From assembly GCA_965240325.2 (NCBI GenBank), contig OZ251230.1:2728001-2792000 (forward strand): DNA of 64,000 bases, read 5' to 3'. Positions 57,436-64,000 of this stretch are shown piece after piece; within the stretch, counting starts at the first letter, position 1, and every line of letters starts with the position of its first letter. The notes beneath the pieces were generated by a model, which had not been told where the DNA came from, ran no database searches, and saw only the letters and a program-made list of their open reading frames with translations. Source of the stretch: Rebecca billardiae RCC1528 (lineage: Eukaryota > Protista > Haptophyta). Position numbers and translations under genes: made by a program.

Positions 57436-57501
57436 AGCGAGCGGCGCGCCGCGGAACGCGGCGGGCACCGACAGGGGATCTCGTCGCGCGCCCACCGCCT
57501 C

Positions 57502-59609
57502 CTAGACGCGGCCCACGCCCGTGTGCTGCTGCACGTGCGCTGTCTCGGCGTGCGCGCCGGCCAAGTGGCCAAGGCTCCCGCACAGAGCGCACTTGGTGGC
57601 GTGCGCGAGCGTGAAGTTGTGCTGCATCTGCGCAGACGGTTGGCCGCCGGCCGACCGGTACGCGGCGAACAGCGGGCACGCCGCCGCGGAGCAGTCGCCG
57701 AATAGCTGGTGCCGTAGGCAGCCGTGCGCGCGGAAGACGCGGTGGTTGGCCTCCGAGAGCAGGGGCCGCCCGCTCGCGTCGCACACACCCCCGTACCGCG
57801 CCAGCTCGCGCGCCAGCGTCAGCGGCGGCACGCCCCCCGCAGAGGCGGCGCCCGGGAACGGTTGCGGCAGCGTCCGCGGCGGCCCGCCTGGCGGCGGGGG
57901 CGGCGGGCCGGGAGGCGGCGCCTGCGGCCCCGGCGGGTACGGCGCCGGTGTGTACGGCGCCGGCCCGGGCGCCCAGGCCGAACCCGCCGGCGGCACGTAC
58001 GTGAGCGCGAGCGGCGCGGGCCCGGGCTGCGCCCCCTGTACCGGCGGCGCCGGCGGGGCCGGCGCTGCCGCCTGCAGCCCCTGCGGGTACGGCGCCGGCG
58101 GGCACAGCGCCGGGCGGGGCGCCCAGGACGATCCTGCCGAGGGTGCGCACGTGAACGAGAGCGGCACGGGCCCGTGCGGCGCCACCTGCATCGGCGCCGA
58201 CCACGACCAGCAGCCCCACTCCGCTGCGCCGGGCGCCGCCCCGCCAAAGCCGGGCGACAGGTCCTGCACCATCAGCGACGGCGGCGGCGGCGGAATCGGC
58301 ATGCTCCCACCGTAGACGCGCATCAGCGGGCGCATGGCAAACTTGTCATGGAAGGGGTTGTCGTTCTTGTAGCAGTCGAAGAACGGCTCCCGCCCGCCAC
58401 CGATGCTCGCCACCAGCGCCGCCACGCCCGAGCGCGCGTCGAGCACCCGCCCGAGGCTCTCCGAGAATTCAGAGTGGAACTGTGCCGCCGCCCGCCAGTC
58501 GCGCGCCTCAGCGAGCTGCATCACGAAGCCCCTGTACTCGCGCAGCACCTCGGCGTCACCCGCGCGCGTGCAGAAGCCCTCGGCCTGCTCGACGAGCAGT
58601 ATGAAGTGGAGCTGGCTGAGGAGCTGGTAGGCCTCGCGCAGCTCGCCCTTCGTGTTGAAGTAGACGCTTCGATCGACCTGCGCGTGCGGCACCTCAGCCA
58701 TGTTGAAGGACTCCCAGACGACCGAACCCGCCGCGTTCGCCGGCACGCCCAAGCCGCGCCGCATGGACGAAAACGCCCCGCGAGCCGGGAAGCTCGGCCT
58801 CCCCCCCCCGGTCCCACGGAGTTGGCCGCCCGCGCCGCCCGCGAGCGCGCAAGCGTTCGCGAACTCGTGCGCGGCCCCCGCAAGGAAGCCAGCCCCACCG
58901 AAGGGGACGGGATGCGGCACGAGCGAGCTGGGCGGGGCGAGGGGCGCCGCCGCGTCCGGCGCCGGCCGGACGCCCCAGGGCGGCGGCCGCGGCGGCGGGA
59001 CAGAGGTGGGCCCCGTCGGTGCGCCGTCGGCGGGCGGCGCGCCCGAGTGGCCACCGACCGCCCCATCACCCGCACCGTTGCCGTGGACGCCGCGAAGGAA
59101 GTCAGTGAGGCTGTTCGCGAGGTCGGGTGGTAGGCCAGTCGGAATGCCCGGCTGGCCAGCGGGCGCGGCCGGGGGGGCGGGTGCCTGCGGCTGCGCAGCA
59201 GCCGCCGTCGACGCGGCGCCGGCCGCTCGCCCGGGCGCGGGCGCGGGAGCAGCCCCCGCCGTCGTCCTGGCACCGGCCGCCGGCGCGGTCGCGGGCGGCG
59301 GCTGGACCGGCAGCGGGCCGAGCTGCTGCACCGGCGCGGCAGGCGGCAGGGTACTTGCTTGGCGGCCACCCGCGCGCCCACCCCGGCCCCGACCGCGGCC
59401 CCCGCCGCCGCGCCCACGAGCGCCGAGGACCTGCTGGTTGACGACGCGGCAGGCGGCAGGGTACTTGCTTGGCGGCCACCCGCGCGCCCACCCCGGCCCC
59501 GACCGCGGCCCCCGCCGCCGCGCCCACGAGCGCCGAGGACCTGCTGGTTGACGACGGCCGCTGCCGCCGCGCGGCGCCGCGACACGCGTTGGACTGCAGG
59601 CACCGCCAT
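57502..59609 (-). pseudogene. gag: Gag-like ORF1, frameshifted by a 110-bp tandem duplication
   Basis: C-terminal C...C...C...H...CALCGSLGH finger, Pro-rich linker and RG-rich N-terminus. ATG 59609 is out of frame unless one copy of 59335-59444 / 59445-59554 is removed. Confidence 0.75.
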
Positions 59610-59624
59610 GTCGCCTGTCGGGAC

Positions 59625-60061
59625 GGCGGGAGGCGGAGGAGCGCAGCTGGTTGTCCGTGCGGCTGCTCGGCGCCAAGCGTGGCCCGTCGGCTGGGTTTGG
59701 TAGTCGGGCGGCGGTCCGGTCGGCGGTCGGGCAGGGCGAGGTGCGCCGTGCGGTCGGGCGGGAAAGCGGACGGCTGCTGGGCGAAACTCGCTCCTGTTCG
59801 CCAAAGCCGGTCACTGCCCGTCAACTCCCGGCGCGCGCTCACTTTTCTGCGGTCCGCGCCAAAAGCGAGCTGCCACACGCTCGGAACGCTGTCCGGGGGC
59901 GCGCTGCGAGCTCCGAGCTCCGAGCCCGTCCGGGCGGGGGTGCGGTCGGAGGGGCGCTGGAGGAGGGTATCGGGCGGCGGCGAAGCGGCGCCGGCAGTCA
60001 TAACGCGATAACCGCCGCAGACTGCCAAACCCGCCACTCCCGTCGCGTCGGCCATCGCCCC
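59625..60061 (-). repeat. Split direct repeat A1 (5' end of the retroelement)
   Basis: Matches 53590-54026. Confidence 0.92.
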
Positions 60062-60515
60062 AAAAGCGCAGTCCGCCCAAGCCGAAGGGTCCGCGCCGTG
60101 GCTGCCTCGTCACGTCAACCGGACGACAGCCACACTGATGAGTGATGGTAGCTCACTGACTTTTGTCTTTGTCTGACCGTGTGACACGATCCCGGTGTCT
60201 GTGACCGACTCTGAGCTGAGTCGCAGGGATTGATTGGTGATTCTGACAACTACGTCTCAGGTACAGCGCACCGCGCGTCATTCATCGTCAGATTGGCGCC
60301 GGCGGCACACTGACACTGTCACCATTGGTAACAGCGTCGTCAGTGTCGGCGACAACCTCCCCGCCGTCCGCGCGGCGTGATGCGCGCCAATCGGCGCCGC
60401 ACGCGGCACGGGCCGGCCGCGGGCGCCCCGCCCCGGCTCGGCTCGCGCGCACGCCGTCCGACGAGACGCCCGCCGCGCACGCGCCGCGCACCGCCCGCCC
60501 GCCGGCACCCAGCCG

Positions 60516-61129
60516 TCACCACACCGTCGACGCGGGCTTCTTCTTGGGCGGCGGCGGGCTGGCAGCAGCGCCCGCCGCGCCCTCGGCGCCGTCGCGCGCT
60601 GCGGGCGGCGGGGGCAGGGCCGAGCCGTCGACCGAGCTGCGGAGGGCGCGCGGCGGGGCGCGCGGCGGGCGCGCGGCACGCGCGTCGTCAGCCAAACCGC
60701 GCGCGCGCGCGCGCGCGCGCGCGGCGCCGGCGGCCAGTCCGGGCGAGGGTCGCGGCCCCACCTGAGGATGGCGCGTGCGCGCGCGGCGGCGCCAAAGGCG
60801 CCGAGGCCGCGCGGCGCGAGCGCGTCGCGCGCGTCGGCGAGCGTCGCGCGCAGCGCCTCCTTCTCGGCGCGCAGCTTCTCCGCCTCCTCCTGCTGCGCCA
60901 GCAGCTGCTCCTCGAGCTGGACGACCGCGGTCGCGTACTTGGACTTGTACTGCAGCACGCGGAAGGAGCAGTACACGCCCCAGCCCGTGGCGGCGAGGGT
61001 GACGACCGTGTCCGCGGAGATGCCCCACGCCGACGCGCGCGGCGTGGGCTGCGCGCCGCCGCCGCCGCCGCCGCCGCCCGCCGCCTGTGTGGCGGTGCTC
61101 AGCCACCGCCGAGCGTGCCGCGCCGCCAT
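60516..61129 (-). CDS. Small putative mitochondrial membrane protein: presequence, TM helix, coiled coil (~162 aa)
   Basis: MAARHARRWLST presequence-like start; VVTLAATGWGVYCSF TM; LEEQLLAQQEEAEKLRAEKEAL coil; phase-2 intron 60761-60637; ends KKKPASTVW. Confidence 0.65.
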
Positions 61130-61323
61130 CGCGGTGCCCTCGTCGCAAAGATCCACCGGGGCCGGTCCGGATTCCGATTTCCGGCCAACAAAGGTCAGGC
61201 CGGCTGGCGCCGCGAGCTCGCGAGCTCCACAGCGGCGGCGGCACACTCGTCAACTCGATCGGTTGGCCAACGACCATCCTCGTCGGAGAGCTCGACGCGA
61301 GCAGCGAGCGCGCGCCTCGCGGG

Positions 61324-64000
61324 ATGGCGAGCATGCGCCGGATGGGCGCGGACGACGCGCTGCGGCTGTGCGCGGACCAGGTGATCACCGGGCTCCCCTC
61401 CGCGCTCAAGGAGCTCGTCGAGAACGCGCTGGACGCGGGCGCGCGCACGGTGGACGTGACGCTCGAGGCGCACGGCGCGTCGCTGCTGCAGGTGGCGGAC
61501 GACGGGCGCGGGATCGCGGGGGCGGAGCAGCACGCGCTGATCGCGCGGCGGCACGCCACGTCCAAGCTGCGCCACTTCGCCGAGCTCGACGCCGTCGCCT
61601 CCTTCGGCTTCCGCGGCGAGGCGCTCTCGTCGCTCGCGGCGCTGGCCGAGCTCGAGGTCGAGACGCGGCCGCGCGCCGGCGCGCCCGGCGGCGAGGTGGG
61701 GCGGCGGCTGCGCTTCGGGCACGACGGGCGGGTGCTCTCGAGCGAGATCGTCGCGCGCCAGCCCGGCACGTGCGTGCGCGTGCGCAACCTCTTCTGCACC
61801 TTCCCCGTGCGCGCGCGCGAGCTCGCGCGGCGCGCCAAGCCGGAGCTGCGGCGCGCGCTTGGCCTGCTGCAGGCGTACGCGCTCGCGCGGCCGGACGTGC
61901 GCTTCAGCCTGAGCCACGCGCCCACGCCGGGCGGCCGCGCCGGCGCGCCGCTGCTGCGCACCGAGGGCGCGCCGCCGGGCGCCGCGCCGCCGCCGCCGGG
62001 CGCGGAGGCCGAGGGCGGCGGCGCGGCGCGCGCGCCGCCGTCCGCCGCGCTGCTGCTGCGCGCGGCGGGGTCGGTGTACGGCGCGGCGCAGGCGCTCGAG
62101 CTGATGCACGTGGACGAGACGGCGGAGCTGGGCGGCGCGGCGGAGGAGGCCGCGCCGCCCGCTGCCGACGCCGCCGCCGCCGCCGCCGACGCGGCGCCTC
62201 CCGCCTCCGGTGCGGAGGGGGGCGGCGGTGGCGGCGGTGGCGGCGGTGGGGGCGGTGGGGGCGGCCTGCTGCTCGACTCTCTGCACGCACTGGCGCACGG
62301 CACACCCGCCCCCGCGCCCACGGGCGCAGGCGGCGGCGGAGGCAGCGGCGCGGGCGCGCAGGGCGGCCTGCCCGCGCCCGGGCGCGTGCGCGTGTGCGGG
62401 CTGGTCTCGCGGCCGCGCACCGCCTCCGCGCGCGCGTCCGCGGAGCGCCAGACCTGGCTGCTGAACGGCCGGCCGGTCGAGTGCGCGCGGCTGAGCCGCG
62501 CGCTGAACGAGGCGTTCCGCAGCGCCACGTCGCGCGCGGACGCGTTCCCCGCGGCGGTGCTGTGGCTCTGCCTGCCCGAGGGCGCCTTCGACGTGAACGT
62601 GAGCCCGGACAAGCGCACCGTGCTGCTGCGCGACGAGGCCGCGGTGTGCCACGCGGTGCGGTGCGCGCTGCTGCGCGCGTACGACCGCGCGCTGCTGGGC
62701 GCGGGCGGAGGGGCGGGGGGCGGGCGGCGGGGCGGCGAAGGGGGCGGCGCGGCGGCGGCGGCGGGCAGCGCGCGCGGCGCGCTCGCGCTCGGCGAGGCGG
62801 CCGCGCCGCACGCCGGCGCGCGCGCGGCGCACGGCGCGGCCGGCCTCGGGCGCGCGCTGCCCGGGGGCGCGGTGCAGGGCGTGCTGCCCGCGCCCACGCC
62901 GCTGCCCACGCCCACCACGCTGCCGCGCGCGAGCGCCGCCGACGCGGGCGGCGATGGCGACGGCGCGCCGCCCGAGCTCGGCGCGTTTGGGCACGGCGCG
63001 GCCCCGAGCGCGCCTTCGCTCTGCGGCCGCGGCGGCGGCGGCGGCGCGGCCGCGCCCGAGGCCGCGCCGCCGCCGCGGTGCGCAGCCGCGCCGAGCGCGG
63101 CCGATGGCGGTGGCGGTGGCGGTGTGCGCCCGCTGGTGCGGCTGGACGACCTGGGCTGCCTGCGCGCGCACGAGGCGGCGGCCGAGCTGCGCGGCGCGGC
63201 GGAGCGGCTGCTCGGCGCGCGCCCGCCGCTGCGCCCCGCGCGGCGCGCGCGCGCGCTGTGCGCCGCGCTCGCGCTGCAGTGCGCTGCCGGCTCGGTGCCG
63301 GACGGGCCGGCGGGCGGCGCGCTGCTGGGCGCGGCGCTGGGCGCGCTGGGCGCGGTGGCGGGCGGCGCGCTGGGCGTGCGCGAGCTCGCGGCGGCGGCGG
63401 GCTGGCGCGGCGAGGCGCGCGGCGCGCCGAGCGCCGCCGCGCTGGTGGACGCGCTCGGCGCCGCCGCCGCCGCCGCCGACGACGCCGACGCCGCCGCCGA
63501 CGCCGCCGCCGCCGCGGGCGCGCCTTGGCCGCGGGCGGCGGCGCTCGGCGCCGATCCGGACGCACCGTCGCCGCCGCCGTCGCGCGCGGCGTCGAGCAGC
63601 CGGCCGGCGGACGCGCGAGACGCGGCGGCGGCGGCGGGCCTGCTCGGCGCGCTCAGCGTGCCGCCGAGCGCGCCGCAGCCCGCGGCGGCCGGCGGCGGCG
63701 GCGCGCGGCGGCGCGCGCGCGGCGGCGCGGCGGCGGGCGCGCGCGGCGGCGGCACGCCGCCGCTCTCGGTGGCCTTCGACGCGGGCCAGCTCGCCGCCGC
63801 CGCGGCCGCCGCGGGCGCGCGCGCGCCGCCCCAGCCCGCGCCGCCCGCGGGCGGCGCGGCGGGCGGCGCGCGCGCGGGCGCCGGAGGCATCCGCTCGGCG
63901 GGCGAGCTCGAGGCCGCGGCCGCGGCCGCGGCCGCGGCCGCGGCGGGCGGCGGCGGCGGCGGGCCGGGGCTTGGCGCGCTCGAGGCGGCGCTGAGCGCGC
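61324..64000 (+). CDS. MutL-family DNA mismatch repair protein, PMS1/PMS2-like (runs off the window)
   Basis: Read directly from ATG 61324: DQVITGLPSALKELVENALDAGA, QVADDGRGI, HATSKL, SFGFRGEALSSL, PGTCVRVRNLF, FDVNVSPDKRTVLL. Absent from the ORF track because there is no stop in the window. Confidence 0.92.
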   Translation, partial: MASMRRMGADDALRLCADQVITGLPSALKELVENALDAGARTVDVTLEAHGASLLQVADDGRGIAGAEQHALIARRHATSKLRHFAELDAVASFGFRGEALSSLAALAELEVETRPRAGAPGGEVGRRLRFGHDGRVLSSEIVARQPGTCVRVRNLFCTFPVRARELARRAKPELRRALGLLQAYALARPDVRFSLSHAPTPGGRAGAPLLRTEGAPPGAAPPPPGAEAEGGGAARAPPSAALLLRAAGSVYGAAQALELMHVDETAELGGAAEEAAPPAADAAAAAADAAPPASGAEGGGGGGGGGGGGGGGGLLLDSLHALAHGTPAPAPTGAGGGGGSGAGAQGGLPAPGRVRVCGLVSRPRTASARASAERQTWLLNGRPVECARLSRALNEAFRSATSRADAFPAAVLWLCLPEGAFDVNVSPDKRTVLLRDEAAVCHAVRCALLRAYDRALLGAGGGAGGGRRGGEGGGAAAAAGSARGALALGEAAAPHAGARAAHGAAGLGRALPGGAVQGVLPAPTPLPTPTTLPRASAADAGGDGDGAPPELGAFGHGAAPSAPSLCGRGGGGGAAAPEAAPPPRCAAAPSAADGGGGGGVRPLVRLDDLGCLRAHEAAAELRGAAERLLGARPPLRPARRARALCAALALQCAAGSVPDGPAGGALLGAALGALGAVAGGALGVRELAAAAGWRGEARGAPSAAALVDALGAAAAAADDADAAADAAAAAGAPWPRAAALGADPDAPSPPPSRAASSSRPADARDAAAAAGLLGALSVPPSAPQPAAAGGGGARRRARGGAAAGARGGGTPPLSVAFDAGQLAAAAAAAGARAPPQPAPPAGGAAGGARAGAGGIRSAGELEAAAAAAAAAAAGGGGGGPGLGALEAALSA

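Larger units (their letters stand above)
53406..60061 (-). mobile_element. Tyrosine-recombinase retrotransposon (DIRS order, Ngaro-like) with split direct repeats A1-gag-pol-YR-B1-A2-B2
   Basis: A1 59625-60061 matches A2 53590-54026; B1 54027-54145 matches B2 53406-53524. DIRS-type RT/RNase H, Cys/His finger at the end of gag, YR remnant, and no target-site duplication. Confidence 0.9.

Noticed and set aside
53406-60061. Interpretation as an LTR (Gypsy/Copia) retrotransposon
   Set aside because: No TG...CA LTRs, integrase, protease or TSD. Repeat order and RT/RNase H motifs fit the DIRS order.
60516-63890. 1,124-aa minus-strand ORF
   Set aside because: Antisense shadow of the MutL gene. Only its last ~40 codons are used, as exon 2 of the small 61129-60516 gene.

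Overview
Very GC-rich, compact eukaryotic DNA with short GC-rich spliceosomal introns (GTGCG...GCAG). The composition and intron style suggest a microalga, possibly a Pavlovales-type haptophyte (inference only). Most long ORFs in the supplied track are antisense or off-frame shadows. About 17 real genes can be rebuilt by splicing. 1-26.2 kb holds two tandem minus-strand paralogues. The complete one encodes about 5,970 aa: an RCC1-like propeller, a ~2,500-aa Ser-Pro3/4 extensin-like rod, IPT/TIG and REJ-like domains, a GPS autoproteolysis site and five polycystin-1-like membrane segments. 27-47.8 kb holds PH-domain, thioredoxin-like, kelch, His-motif secreted, penta-ubiquitin, Mn-motif/SAXO-like, TLC-like, GT77-like and SDR genes, plus a 948-bp TIR element with a TACA target-site duplication. 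48.7-52.4 kb encodes a single-pass receptor joining a class-C-GPCR-type Venus-flytrap ectodomain to a cytoplasmic HET/TIR-like domain whose catalytic Glu position is Gln. 53.4-60.1 kb is a Ngaro/DIRS-type retrotransposon with split direct repeats, intact RT-RNaseH, frameshifted gag, a decayed tyrosine recombinase and an internal minisatellite. The window ends in a MutL/PMS-family gene. All domain calls are by eye from motifs; no searches were run.
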